NCBI GenBank assembly: GCA_014905635.1
Contig: JABVCE010000019.1
Coordinates: forward strand, 620,001-684,000
Source of the DNA: Scenedesmus sp. PABB004
Taxonomy: Eukaryota
Reading direction: 5' to 3'
DNA: 64,000 nucleotides
In this document: one piece after another, positions 11,395-30,240 of the stretch
Layout of the letters: every line of letters begins with the position of its first letter
Numbering within the stretch: position 1 is the first letter of the stretch
The notes under the pieces: model-generated
What the model was told of the DNA's origin: nothing
Seen by the model: the letters and a program-made list of their open reading frames with translations, nothing else
The model's database searches: none
Translations under genes and position numbers: made by a program

Positions 11395-12036
11395 CCCTGT
11401 CATCGGCGGCCCTGCGCAAGGGCCCCGCAGGCAGTCGGCGGCGCGCGTCGCGCCCGGCCGCCCCCTATGGAACCACGAGCGCTGCGGCCTGCCCCGTCCG
11501 CGCTGTGCGCGCCGAGCGCGCACCCACGGCCGCTGCAGCCCCGCCGCCCGCCGCCGGTGCGCCCACCACCCGCCTGCCGACGGCCGCTTGGCGCTGGCCG
11601 GCAAACTGCGCCGGCGTGGCTGCGCCCCGGTGAAGCGCCGCAGCGCGCGCTTTGCGCCGCCGCTGGTCCGACCCGCGTGCGCGTGGCCCCACGGCGCCAG
11701 TGCTCGCGTCCCAGCGCCCTCGCCACTCCCGCTCTAGCAGGCCCGCGACGGCGCCGCGCACGCCAGGCAGCGGCGAGCGGGGAGCGCGACAGCGTCGCTC
11801 GCTGCTGCCGCCCCGCGCCGCCCTGCATGGCGGCCGCGGGGGCGGGCGGCCTGCGGGGCGTGCTGGGTCCGGCCACGGCGACGCGGTGGGCGCGGGCGCA
11901 GCGCCAGGCCTGCGCCCGGCTCGGCGGCGGCAGGGGCGGCAGCAGCAGCGCACGCGCGGCGGTGCAGCGGCAGCAGGAGCAGCCGCCGGCGGCCGCGCAG
12001 CAGCTCGGCGAGCAGCAGCAGCTCGGCGAGGAGCAG
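11395..12036 (+). repeat. Direct segmental duplication, copy A (copy B at 14766-15388)
   Basis: About 620 bp near-identical to 14766-15388 (offset about 3370), with only a handful of substitutions and indels visible by eye. Confidence 0.95.
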
Positions 12037-13668
12037 GAGCAGGAGCAGGAGCAGGCGGCGGCACCGTCGTGGCCTGCTGCTGGCGGCGCGCGGCCCTCAG
12101 CAGCGTCGCCGAGGACGAGGCGTGCCACGGAGGCGCCACCGCAAGGCCAGGCGACCGGCCCGATGCTGGTTGCGCTGGGGGCGTTTGCGTTCTCGCTTGT
12201 CAGCTTGCAGGTGGGCCCGCACGCTGACGCCGGCGGGCCAGCCCGTCCTGCCAGCACGCCGACGCCGCAGCGCGCCGCGCACGCCGCCGCGCCGCGCACG
12301 CCGCCGCGCCGGTCCGCGGCAGATCAAGCTCTGTGATGCGCCGCCGCCGCCGCTGGAGGTCACGGCCGTGAACAGCGCAGCGGCTTGGCTGATCACGAGC
12401 GCAGCGATGCGGGCCACGGGTGCGGGTCGGGGCGCCGCAGCCGCGGCCGCGCCGCCGCCGCCGCTGCCGCGCTCCACGGCCCGCACCACCACGCGCCGCG
12501 CAGCCGTGCCGAGCGCCGCCGCCCGCCCGCCCGCCCGCGCCAGGCGTGCGCGCGTGGGGCGGGCCCGCGGCGCCAGGGCGCGCGGGCCTGCTGCTGCTGC
12601 GCGGCTGCTGCGGCGCCGCCGCGGTGTGCTGCTACTATGCAGCGCTGGAGGAGCTGCCGCTCTCGGGTGCGCGGGCGAGGGGACACGCGCCGCCGCTGGG
12701 CTGCCGCTGCCGCCCGCTGTTGTGTGTGTCACCGTTGCTTCACCACCGCCACCGCCGCCGCCGCCGCGCCACCCCGTCAGTTGCTGTTGCGCTGTTCTTT
12801 GTCCACCCGCTCCTCTGCCTGCTGCTCGAGGCGGCGGCGACGGGGCGCCGCGTGCCGCGCCGCGCTGCCGCATCGTGCGTGGGCACCGTTTTGGGTGTGC
12901 TGACTGTCGGGTTTCACGACGAGATCGCCGGCCACGTGCAGCAGGTGGGGGGCCCTAGGGCCGCAGGCCTGCGGCGCGGGCCTGAGTGTGTGCTTGCTGG
13001 GGGGCAGGGCTGGGCGTCGGGGGAGCAGAGCTGCTCCCAAACCCCAGCCTGCGCCGCCCCCCCCCCCCCCCCCGCCACAGGTCGCTGCGGCCGGCGGGCT
13101 CGCCGCGGCGCTGCCCGGCGCCGCGCCGCCGGTGGAGCTGCCGCTTTTGGGTGTCGCGCTCGGCCTCGCCGCTGCAGCGGCGAACGCGGGCGCCTTTGTC
13201 TGCGTCGGCGCGATCGGCCCGGACGTGTCGCCTCTGCGCCTCACCTGGTGGCAGCACGGCATCGTGACGGCCGCCGCGGTCGGCGGGCTGCTCCTGCAGG
13301 GCGTCGCGGCCGAGGCCGGCAGCGCCGCGCCGCTGCGCGGCCTCGCCGCCGACCTGGCCGCCGCGGCGCCGTCCTGGCACGACGGCGCGCTGCTTGGCGG
13401 CATCGTGGCGGCAAACTTCGTTGGCCAGCTGCTCATGAACGCGGGCCTCCAGCGCTGTGATGCTCCGCGCGGCGCGGCAATCAACACGAGCCAGGTGCTC
13501 TATGGCATTGCGTGGGAGGCCGCGCTGCTGGGCGCGCCGCCGTCGCCGCTGACGCTCGCCGGCGGCGCGGTGATCGCCGCCGGCGTGATCGGGTCCGCGC
13601 GGGCGCCTGCAGCCGACGCGGCGGCGTCGGGCGGCGCCCACCATGGGGAGGCCAACGGGCGTCGGTGA
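11827..13668 (+). CDS. EamA/DMT (SLC35G-like) transporter with an N-terminal extension shared with the neighbouring exonuclease
   Basis: Exons 11827-12210, 12323-12419, 12544-12666, 12781-12943, 13081-13668. EamA motifs LLLRGCCGAAAVCCYYAALEELPLSVAVALFFVHP and GQLLMNAGLQRCDAPRGAAINTSQVLYGIAW. The start could be the upstream ATG at 11467. Confidence 0.85.
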
Positions 13669-14702
13669 TGGGGCGGTGCTGCACCGCCCCGCCCGTGGGC
13701 GGTGCTGAACCGCCGCTGCAACGCCCCGCAGGCCGCGCAGGCCGCGCAGCGCAGCTGTGCCTCGCCGCTCTCGTCGCCCTCCTCCGGCCTGTTCAGTGCC
13801 TGCCAGTGAGCACGGCACGGCTCGCGCTGCCCGCACGTCCTCGCCAGCTTGCGAGCCCGGCAGCAGCGCGCGACCACACCGCCGCCGCCGCTTGGCGCGC
13901 CGCTCCCTCTGTCCCCCGCGCCTCGCGCTGCATGGCGCCGCGCCGAGACGACTGAGAGCGTACCGGCGGGCACGGGAGGAGGAGCGGCGTGCGCGGCGCC
14001 GGCAGCAGCATGAGCAGCTGCGGCTGCTGCCCTCGCTGGTGCTGGCCCTGGCGCACCAGCAGCGCGCAGGCCTCCCAGCTGCGTGAGGGGCTGGTGTCGC
14101 AGGGTGGAGGTGATGGCCGCTGCCTGCCGGCGGCGGCAGCAGCGGCAGCAGCGCCACGCGCTGCGTCCCCTGTCGCCAACCGCCCACCGCCAACCGCCAC
14201 CGCCCCGCCCCCCCCCTTCTGCCGCCACAGCGCCGCCAGAAGCGGCTGGCAACACCGCGCCGGCGTCGCCCGCGGCGGCGGGCAGCGGCGACGGCGCGGC
14301 GAGCAGCGGCTCGCTGACGCGGCTCATCCCGCCCGGCAGCAGCGGCAGCTGCCCCGACCTGACGCGCCTGGAGGGGCAGGGGCAGCAGGGGCAGCTGGGG
14401 CAGCAGCAGCAGCAGCGGCAGCAGCAGCCACGAACACCGCCAGGGGTCGGCGGCGGCGGGAGCAGCCCCAAGCCCGACCGGCGCGGCGGGGGCGCAAACG
14501 GACGGGTGCGCACGGCTGGCTCGGGCCTGCGCGGCGCGGCGCGGCGCGGCGGGGCGCCACGCGCTCACGCCGCCGCGGCCGCCGCGCACGGCAGGAGGTG
14601 GCCATCGAGCTCAAGCCCGCCGGCGGCAACCCGCTGCTGGGCGTTGACCACGTCGCGGGCGAGGCGCGGCTGGTCAAGCCGCGCCCTGGCGCGCTGCCCT
14701 GA
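13668..14702 (+). CDS. Hypothetical spliced gene of unknown function; exon structure only partly resolved
   Basis: ATG at 13668 (MGRCCTAPP...LCLAALVALLRPVQC) with a GTGAGC donor at 13806. Coding-like segments RAYRRAREEERRARRRQQHEQLRLL and SLTRLIPPGSSGSCPDLTRLE. Final GT-AG-joined exon EVAIELKPAGGNPLLGVDHVAGEARLVKPRPGALP*. Confidence 0.45.
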
Positions 14703-14765
14703 CGCGTGGGTGGGCGCGGCGCGCAACGCCCCGCCGAGCGGTTGTACAATGCAGAAACCCAACTC

Positions 14766-15388
14766 CCCTGTCAACGGCGGCCCTGCGCAAGGGCCCCGCA
14801 GGCAGTCGGCGGCGCGCGTCGCGCCCGGCCCCCCCTATGGAACCACGAGCGCTGCGGCCTGCCCCGTCCGCGCTGTGCGCGCCGAGCGCGCACCCACGGC
14901 CGCTGCAGCCCCGCCGCCCGCCGCCCGTGCGCCCACCACCCGCCTGCCGACGGCTGCTTGGCGCTGGCCGGCAAACTGCGCCGGCGTGGCTGCGCCCCGG
15001 TGAAGCGCCGCAGCGCGCGCTTTGCGCCGCCGCTGGTCCGACTCGCGTGCGCGTGGCCCCACGGCGCCAGTGCTCGCGTCCCAGCGCCCTCGCCACTCCC
15101 GCTCTAGCAGGCCCGCGACGGCGCCGCGCACGCCAGGCAGCGGCGAGCGGGGAGCGCGACAGCGTCGCTCGCTGCTGCCGCCCCGCGCCGCCCTGCATGG
15201 CGGCCGCGGGGGCGGGCGGCCTGCGGGGCGTGCTGGGTCCGGCCACGGCGACGCGGTGGGCGCGGGCGCAGCGCCAGGCCTGCGCCCGGCTCGGCGGCGG
15301 CAGGGGCGGCAGCAGCAGCGCACGCGCGGCGGTGCAGCGGCAGCAGGAGCAGCCGCCGGCGGCCGCGCAGCAGCTCGGCGAGGAGCAG
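14766..15388 (+). repeat. Direct segmental duplication, copy B (copy A at 11395-12036)
   Basis: Near-identical to 11395-12036. Covers the upstream region and about the first 60 codons of the exonuclease gene. Confidence 0.95.
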
Positions 15389-17251
15389 TCCCCGCAGCTG
15401 CCGACGCTGGAGCAGAGCCGCGACTCCTGGACGCTGGCCGCGGCGCCGGGCGGCGCCGCGCCGCCGCCGCCGACGCTGCTGCTGGTCGACGGCACAAACG
15501 TGGCCATGATCGCCGCGGGCGGGCGGCACAGCCGGCGCAGCCCGTTCCGGGAGCCCGTCGCGGCGCGCTTTGCCGCCTGGGTCGCCTTCCTGCGCGCCGC
15601 CGCCGGCGCGGGCGGGTGCGTCGTCGCCTTCGACAACAAGCTCACCGCTGGCGCTGGCGGCGACGCCCGCGCGGCGCTGCACCCCTCCTACCTCAGCGGG
15701 CGCCGGCGCCGGGCCGGCGCGCAGCACGCCGGGGCCGCGGGGCCGGGCGGGGCGCCGCAGGCGCAGCCGCAGCGCCTCGACGGCTGGGCATGGCTCGCGG
15801 ACGGCCTCGCCGGCGAGCCCGGGCTGGCCGTCGTGCACGCCGCGGTGGGATATGAGGCAGACGACGTCCTGGCCGCTGCCGCGCAGTGGGTGAGCTGCGC
15901 GCTCGTCCCGCGGCCGCTCGTCGTCGTCGCCAGCAGCGACAGCGACATGCAGGGGCTGCAGGACTCGCACACCTACTGGCTGGAGCTGCTGCAGGCGCGT
16001 GCGGGAGGCGGCCGACCGCGCCAGCTGGTGCCACAGCCGCGGCGCGGCGCCGCCGCCGACGCCGCGCCGTGCCGCGCGCCGCCGCAGGTCGCGTCGCGGC
16101 AGCACCCGTCGGGGCTACGGCTCCACAGCGCGGGGAGCTACGCGGCCGCCATGGGCTGCGCGGCGGCCGCGCACGCAGACTGGCTCGCGCTGGCAGGCAA
16201 GCCTGATGCGAGCATCCCTGGCGTGGGCCTGAGCGCCAAGGCGGCGCGCACGCTGCTGGGCCGGTGCGCCGCCCGCGCGCCGCGCCGCCGGGCGCCCGGG
16301 GGAGGAGGCCCCGCGCGCTGCACGCGCGCGCATGCCCCGACGCCCCGGGCGCGCGGCGCCGCCGGCGCTGCCGTCAGGTTTGGCACGCTCGGCGCCGTCC
16401 TCGCGGCGGCGGAGGCCGGCGGGCTGAAGCCCTTTGGGTCGGCGCACGCGCTGCTGGGCGGCGACGCGCCGGGCGCCGCCGCGGCGCGCGCCGCGGCGCG
16501 GCGGAACCGCGCCGTGCTGGCGCCGCAGCCCGAGGCGCAGGCGCTGCCTGAGGCCGCGCTCGCTGGCTGCTACGCTGCGGCCCTGCAGCAGCCGGCGCTG
16601 CAGCGCCCGGCCGGCGCCGCCGTCGCGGCGCTCCACCCGGGGCAGCGCGCGCACGCGGCGCAGGTGCGGCCTTATGTCGAGCAGCTGTCCGCAGCGCTCA
16701 CAGAGCTGGGGCTGGCGGAGCAGCGCGTCGGCTGGCTCAGCCCCGAGGGTACCTTTTGCGACCTGGCCGTGCGGCTACGTGGGCGCGGCGGGGAGCAGGA
16801 GCAGCAGCAGCGCGCGGCGCAGGAGCAGCAGGACGCCCCGCAGGAGCAACAGCGCGTGGCGCAGGAGCAGCGGGGCAGCGAGCCCGGCCCCGCGCCGAGC
16901 CCCGGCTGGCTCGTGCTGGAGGTGCTCGGCCCGGGCGACCTCGCCGCGGGCGCGCCGCCGCCCGGCGGCTGGGCGCGCGACGCGGAGGCGGCGGCCGAGC
17001 AGCTGGCGCAGCAGCTCGCGGCGTCGGCGGGCTGGCACGGCGGCGGCGGCGGCGGCGCGCCGGGGCACCCGACGCGGCGGCTGCTCGGGCACGCGAGCGG
17101 CGCAGCTCGGCGCAAGGTCGCCCTGCTGCGCGGCAGCGGGCGGCGCGCGGCGGTGGTGCCGTTCCACGAGCTGCGCCTGGCGGCGGCCGCCGGCGGGCGC
17201 GCCGCCGTCCGGGTGTTTGTCGCCGCGCTGCTGGAAGAGCACGGGTCGTGA
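15197..17251 (+). CDS. Organelle-type 5'-3' exonuclease (PolI/FEN 5'-nuclease fold) fused to a C-terminal RAP-like domain
   Basis: LLLVDGTN, VVAFD, R..LHPSYL..R, GYEADDVLA, VASSDSDM and helix-3-turn-helix ALAGKPDASIPGVGLSAKAARTLLGRFGTL. C-terminus CDLAV...VLEVLGP...ARRKVALLRGSGRRAAVVPFHEL is RAP-like. Introns 15995-16087 (GC-AG) and 16264-16377. TGTAA at about 17313. Confidence 0.85.
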   Translation: MAAAGAGGLRGVLGPATATRWARAQRQACARLGGGRGGSSSARAAVQRQQEQPPAAAQQLGEEQSPQLPTLEQSRDSWTLAAAPGGAAPPPPTLLLVDGTNVAMIAAGGRHSRRSPFREPVAARFAAWVAFLRAAAGAGGCVVAFDNKLTAGAGGDARAALHPSYLSGRRRRAGAQHAGAAGPGGAPQAQPQRLDGWAWLADGLAGEPGLAVVHAAVGYEADDVLAAAAQWVSCALVPRPLVVVASSDSDMQGLQDSHTYWLELLQARAGGGRPRQLVPQPRRGAAADAAPCRAPPQVASRQHPSGLRLHSAGSYAAAMGCAAAAHADWLALAGKPDASIPGVGLSAKAARTLLGRCAARAPRRRAPGGGGPARCTRAHAPTPRARGAAGAAVRFGTLGAVLAAAEAGGLKPFGSAHALLGGDAPGAAAARAAARRNRAVLAPQPEAQALPEAALAGCYAAALQQPALQRPAGAAVAALHPGQRAHAAQVRPYVEQLSAALTELGLAEQRVGWLSPEGTFCDLAVRLRGRGGEQEQQQRAAQEQQDAPQEQQRVAQEQRGSEPGPAPSPGWLVLEVLGPGDLAAGAPPPGGWARDAEAAAEQLAQQLAASAGWHGGGGGGAPGHPTRRLLGHASGAARRKVALLRGSGRRAAVVPFHELRLAAAAGGRAAVRVFVAALLEEHGS

Positions 17252-17550
17252 CGGCGCGGGGCACGGGCCGCGGCGTGAACCGCGCCTGGCGTCGTCCGCG
17301 TCCTGGTCCTGCTGTAACGCCGGCGCGGCCCCACAAGCCGGCGTTGTGCGCCGCAGCACCTGCAGCGGCAGCGGCAGCAGCGCCCGTGCCGCCGGTGCCG
17401 CCGAACTCCGTCGGGCGGGGCGCTCGCCCAGAGGCCCGCGATCGTCGACCTGAGCGTGCCGAAGCGCTCGCCGGAAGGGCCATGCGCCGTGTCGGTCAGC
17501 GCCGGGCCCGCTAGCCAGCGCCGCCGCGCCGCGCGCCCCCGAGTGGACGC

Positions 17551-23936
<6,386 letters not shown>

Positions 23937-24389
23937 CACAGGGCGGCGGTGTTTGTTTTTTCTGATTCACCTGAGCCGTGCAGGGCTCCAACATGTGTGA
24001 GCAAACTGGGACGGGCGGCAGCGGCAGCAGTCACGAACGACCGAGGTGCGCGTCGCGGTTGGTCGTCGCCGAGGAGGCGGGGGGCCTGGTGTTTTGCTGG
24101 CGGTCGAGGCGCGCAGCTGGTGCAGGTCCTGCTCTGTTCTGTCTGTTGGCGTCGTGGTCGCATGGTCGCATGGTTGGCCTCTCTTGCAATGTGTGAGCTG
24201 CGCGCGGCCGGGGCGCGGGCGCGGCCACGGTCGGGCGGTGTTTGAGTTTTAGGCGATCGTGAGCGCGGTTTCTTCTCTCTTGTATGTTGCCGTCGTGTGA
24301 TCGCTTCGTTCTCTTGTGGTCGGTTGGTGTTGTGCGCGTTGGACTCGTCGGGCGTGAGCGCGCAGGGCTTTGTGGGCGCCGCGTCGTGA

Positions 24390-27152
24390 ATGAAGGTCCA
24401 GCTTCTCGCCCCGTGTCCGCGCATCCCAGGTAACGTTCCAAGCGCGCGCAGCGTCCCTCGAGCGCGTTGCTGCCGCCGCCGCCGCCGAGCGCGGCGCCGC
24501 GCTGCTGCGGCGCCGCGGCACCCCCCCGCAGCCGCCGGCTCGGCCCACGCCGCCTCGAAATGTAGCCGCGGTCCAGCGAGTGGAGCAAGCAGGCAGCGGG
24601 TGCGGTTCGTTGAGAGCGGGCCCGCAGCGGCGGCATGCCCGCCGTTCAGCGCCGCGCGCCGCAGGCTGGGCGCCGATCAAGCTGGAGCCGGGCGTGCCCC
24701 CTCCGCCCCACCCGGGCGTGGCCGCGGCAGCGGCGGCGGCGTTCGACGCGACCGCCGCGCTGGGACGCGCGGGCTGGACGCCGCCGGCCGAGCTGCCGGC
24801 CTCGCCACGGCCGCCGCCGGCGGCGGCGGCGGCCCCCGCCATGCAGCAGGGCGGCAAGAAGCGCCGCGCGGTGGGCGGCGAGGCGGTGGCGGAGGTGCTG
24901 CCGCACGACGCGCCGGGCGCAGCAGGCATGAATCTGGCACGCCAGCTGGTGCGCGCCGACGCGGCGTACCGGGTGAGCCGTTGGTTCGACTCGCAGCCGC
25001 TGACGGGAGGCATCGTTAAGGAGCCGGGGGGAGGTGCCTGGCGCGTGCCGATGCGCCAGGCGACCGACCTGGTGATGGCGGCCCCCGTGCTGCGCGGCGC
25101 GCAGCTCACCTACGCGCCGGGTGCGGCGCGCGCGGCCGCGTGGCCGCGCGGCCGCGCGTGCGCCGCACCGCACCCGAGCGCCCCGCGCCTCGCCTCACCG
25201 CCGCTGGCCCGGGGTCGCGCAGGCCGCCGCGTGGCGGGCGCCACGCCCGCCTGCTGCCACGGCGTCATCGAGAGCGGCGACTTGGAGAGCGAGGGCAACC
25301 CTGAGGCCTACAGCATCCGGCATGCGCGGCGGCGCGGCGGCGCGGCGGCGCGGCGGCGCAGCCCTGCAGCGTGGCCCTCCCTGGGGGCCTCCCGGGACGG
25401 GGCTAACAGCGCGTGTGCGCGCGCCACCCACGCCCGCGCGCCGCCACACCCACCCACCCACCCGCCCGTGCGCAGGTGCGTCGGCTGCGGCCTGAGCGGC
25501 CTCTCTCGCCACGGCTTTGAGGTGCACCTCGGCTCGCGCCTCAAGAACGCGCCGGCGCAGCTGTCCGTCGACGCGCTGGGCATGTCGCTCCAGGCGCGCG
25601 CCGGCGCGGCGGGCCGGCCAGGGCGGCAGCTGCAGCGCCGCGCCCCGGGGGCACGCGGGCGGCAGCCAGTGCGCTGGCGCGCGCTGGCCCACGCGGCGCC
25701 CCGCGCCGCGTGCGTCCGCCGCCCGCGGCGCAGGACCTGGTGACCCAGGTGGGCGCGGTCGACCTGTCGTTGGCGGCCTGCGTGTACTGCCGCACCGAGG
25801 ACAAGTCAGACGGCACGCTGCAGACGTGCCGCTCCTGCCCCGTGGCCTACCACGCGGGCTGCCTCGCGCGCGCCGCGCCGCGCGCGGCGCGGCCCCGCTC
25901 GCTGGACGACGCCGACACCTGCGCGAGCTGCGCCGACGCCGGCGCGTGCGCGGCGCACGGCTGCGCCTGGTGCGCGGCGCACGCGCCGGCGCCGCCCGAC
26001 CTGGACGCGCTGTGGGCGGCGCGGCGGGCGGAGCTTGACGCCGAGGTGGTCGGCGCCGCGGGCGGCCTGGGCGGCGACGGCGCCGACGCCGGCGGCAACG
26101 GCGCGCTCGCTGCAGCGCCGGCTGCAGCGTCGGCCACCGCCGCAGCTGGCGCCGGCGCGGCGGCCGCGCCCGCCCCGAGCGCGCGGCGGTGGCAGCGGCG
26201 AGCCGGCGGCGCCGCCGACGCCGCCGGGGCCGGGGCGGGCGCGGCCGGCAGGGCCCGGCTCGGCGCCAGCCGCCAGCTGACAGCGCAGCTCGGCGACGGC
26301 TGGTGGCACCAGCAGCTCGCCGGCGAGGTGCTGTGCGAGCCGCAGCAGGCGGCGCGCAGGCAGCGCCGCCAGGAGCGGCAGCTCCTGCCTGACCTGCCAA
26401 CCGGCGGCAGCGACTCGGAGGCATCGTCGGGCGAGGACGACGGCGGCCTGGAGGCGGACCAGCTGGAGGGCGAGGCGCTCGCGCCGCCGTGGGCGGCGGC
26501 CGCTGCTGAGGCGGCGGCCGCTGCTCATTCTGCTGCGACCGGCGGCGCGGCGAGCGGGGTCGGCGCGGGCGAGCCTGATCAGGCTCGCCGTCATGACGGC
26601 GTGCTGCAGCGGGCGCCGGCGTCGTCCGGCGGTGCGCCGCGGCGGGCGTCCCATGTGCCCGCCACGCCAGCGGCGGCAGGCACGCCCTGGCACGGCGCCC
26701 CGGCGGCCTGCAGCGCGCCGTCGTCGGCCCCGTCGGCAGCCGGCGCCGCGGCGGCGGTGCCGCCAGGGGCGCCGCCGCGGCCCGGGAGCTCGGCCGAGTC
26801 GGACGTCGACGTGCCGCAGCTGCCGCTGCTGGACACGCGCGACCAGGGCAGCGTGCTGGACACGGCGGCGGCCGTGACGCGGCTGCTGCAGCGCTTGGTC
26901 ACCGAGCGCGTGCTGGACGGGGGGCGCGAGGTGGCCATCATGCGCGCGGTGCGCGAGTGCTTCCGACAGCTGCGGACCGGCGCGCCGGGCGCGGCCGCCG
27001 CCGGGCCCGGCGGCGGCGACGCGCAGGCTGATCAGGCTCGGCTGATCGAGTGCGTGCTGACGCTCGGCGCGGTGCGCGCCATCCTGCGCGAGCGCGGCGC
27101 CGGCTGGGCGGCGGCGGCGGCGGTGGAGCTGGAGCAGCTACTGCCGGCGTGA
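24390..27152 (+). CDS. TDBD-like + extended PHD finger protein, paralogue 2 (start uncertain: 24390 via an intron, or 24841)
   Basis: VMAAPVLRGAQLTY...YSIRCVGCGLSGLSRHGFEVHLGSRLKNAPAQLSVDALGMSLQDL...CVYC...CRSCPVAYHAGC...CASC. Collinear with 5238-7827. GC donors at 25320 and 25594. Confidence 0.75.
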
Positions 27153-27663
27153 GCGCGCGTTGACCGGCCGGCGCGCGCAAGGCCGGGAGCGGGGGGCGCG
27201 TGCGAGGGGGCACATGCATGCCGCGCGTGGAGTTGCGCCGGCCAGGTCGGCGGCCGCGGTGACCGTTGCCGCCGCTCGCGCGCACGGCGGCGCCTCGGGG
27301 GTATGTTACACGGCGCGCTCGAGAGAAGAGAGAGACGCCCGCCCGCCCGCCCACATGCACCGCCTACCCTATACGCGCCCGCCGTGCCTCGCGCAACTGC
27401 GCGCGCCGCGCCGCGCTCGCTGCGCGGGCGGCCGCCCGCGCCAGCCGCCGCTGCTGCCGCGCGCGCCGCCACCGCTCCCCCGTGCCGCGCCGCTGCCCGG
27501 CGGCGGCGCTGCCCGCGCCGGGCGCGAGGTGGGGAGGGGGCGGAGAGAGAAGGAAGAGGAGGCCCGGCGAGGAGCGAGGCCGCCGCCACGCAGCGCGCCG
27601 CCCGCTGCTGGCCGGCGCGCCTCCGCCGGGCGCGGCGGCGCGGGCGCGCATGCACCTGCATGC

Positions 27664-27666
<3 letters not shown>

Positions 27667-27735
<69 letters not shown>
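27667..27735. repeat. (CCG)n trinucleotide run just 3' of the UBC stop
   Basis: More than 20 uninterrupted CCG units. Confidence 0.9.
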
Positions 27736-27736
<1 letters not shown>

Positions 27737-27760
27737 GCGGCGTGCCGCGGCGCGCGGCGC

Positions 27761-29060
<1,300 letters not shown>

Positions 29061-29510
29061 TCACGCCGGCGGCCCGGGCACGCCACCGGCCAAGAGCGCC
29101 GCGCCCCGCCGCCGCCGGCGCGCCGGCCGCGGGTCGGTTGCGCGGCGCGCAGCAGCGAGCGGCGGCGGGCGCTGAGGCGAGCGCCGCGGCGAGCGGCGGC
29201 GGCGACGCAGTCAGCGGTGGCCCCTGCGGCGTGGCCGGGGTGCGGCTCGGGTGGGCGCTGCGTCTGCGCCTGCGCGGCAGGCGCGGCAGGCGCGGCGCAC
29301 GCTGCAGCGCGAGCGGGCGGCGGGCGAACGCGTTGGTCTTATTGTTCCCCTCCGCTCCGCAAGAAAACAAAACAAGCAGGTCGCCGCTGGTCAACGCACG
29401 CGCTGGCGCTTTTTTGTTGTACACGCGCGCGGGCCCGGAGAGGCCGCGCAGCCCCGTTCCTCGCGCCTCCGCCGCCGCCCGCCGTCACGACCGCCGCCGG
29501 CTCCGTGAGC

Positions 29511-29856
29511 TCACGCGCTGGGCCAGCCGCTGGTCACGTCCTTGAACTCGGCGGGCAGCGACGCGAAGCTGCGCGCCGCGGCGGCAGCGGGGCGGTGGGC
29601 GGTGGGCGGCGCGAGGGGCGGTGCAGCCCTGGCGGCGGCTGCCGCGCGTGCTCGCGCGCGCGCTCGCGCGCACGCACCGCGCCGCGCCGACGCGCTTGCG
29701 CCAGGCAGCCGCGTCGCCGTGCTCGCCGCCGCCGCCGCGCTCCGCCGCGCCGAAGCTCCCGGCCGCCGAGTCGACGCTGTTGCGCCTGCTTTCCTCGCTG
29801 TCCATGCTGCTGCGGCGCTTGATGTCCTGCGGCGCGCTCGGCGGCGGTGCCTCCAT
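29511..29856 (-). CDS. 78-aa two-exon microprotein of unknown function
   Basis: Exons 29856-29678 and 29568-29511 joined by a GT-AG intron stay in frame: MEAPPPSAPQDIKRRSSMDSEESRRNSVDS...WRKRVGAARFASLPAEFKDVTSGWPSA*. Confidence 0.6.
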
Positions 29857-30240
29857 GGCGCGCGTGCTGTAGCGCGGCAGGACGGCAGCGAGCGGTTTCG
29901 GAGCTAGCCTGCAGCAATCGCGTGAGTGCGGGGGCACTTGGACTGCGCGCGGGACGATGCGGTGAGGCGCGGGCAGCAGGTTTCGGGACTCGAAATGACG
30001 AGGCGCTTTAGGCACGGCGCGCCGCGCCCAGCCTGCGGGCCCAGAGTGACGTTTGCGAGCTTTAGCGACCGCCGCGACCGCGCGCGCGACGCAGCGGGGA
30101 CGCGCGGCGGCAGCAGCAGCGGCGCGCGGCAGCGACGGTGTCGCTGCCCGCCCACCGCCGTCTAGCAGCAGCATCGCCAGCAGTCCAAAAGCAGCAGAAG
30201 CAGCAGCAGCAGCCGCGCGCCCCGGCGGCAGCGGCCCCCG

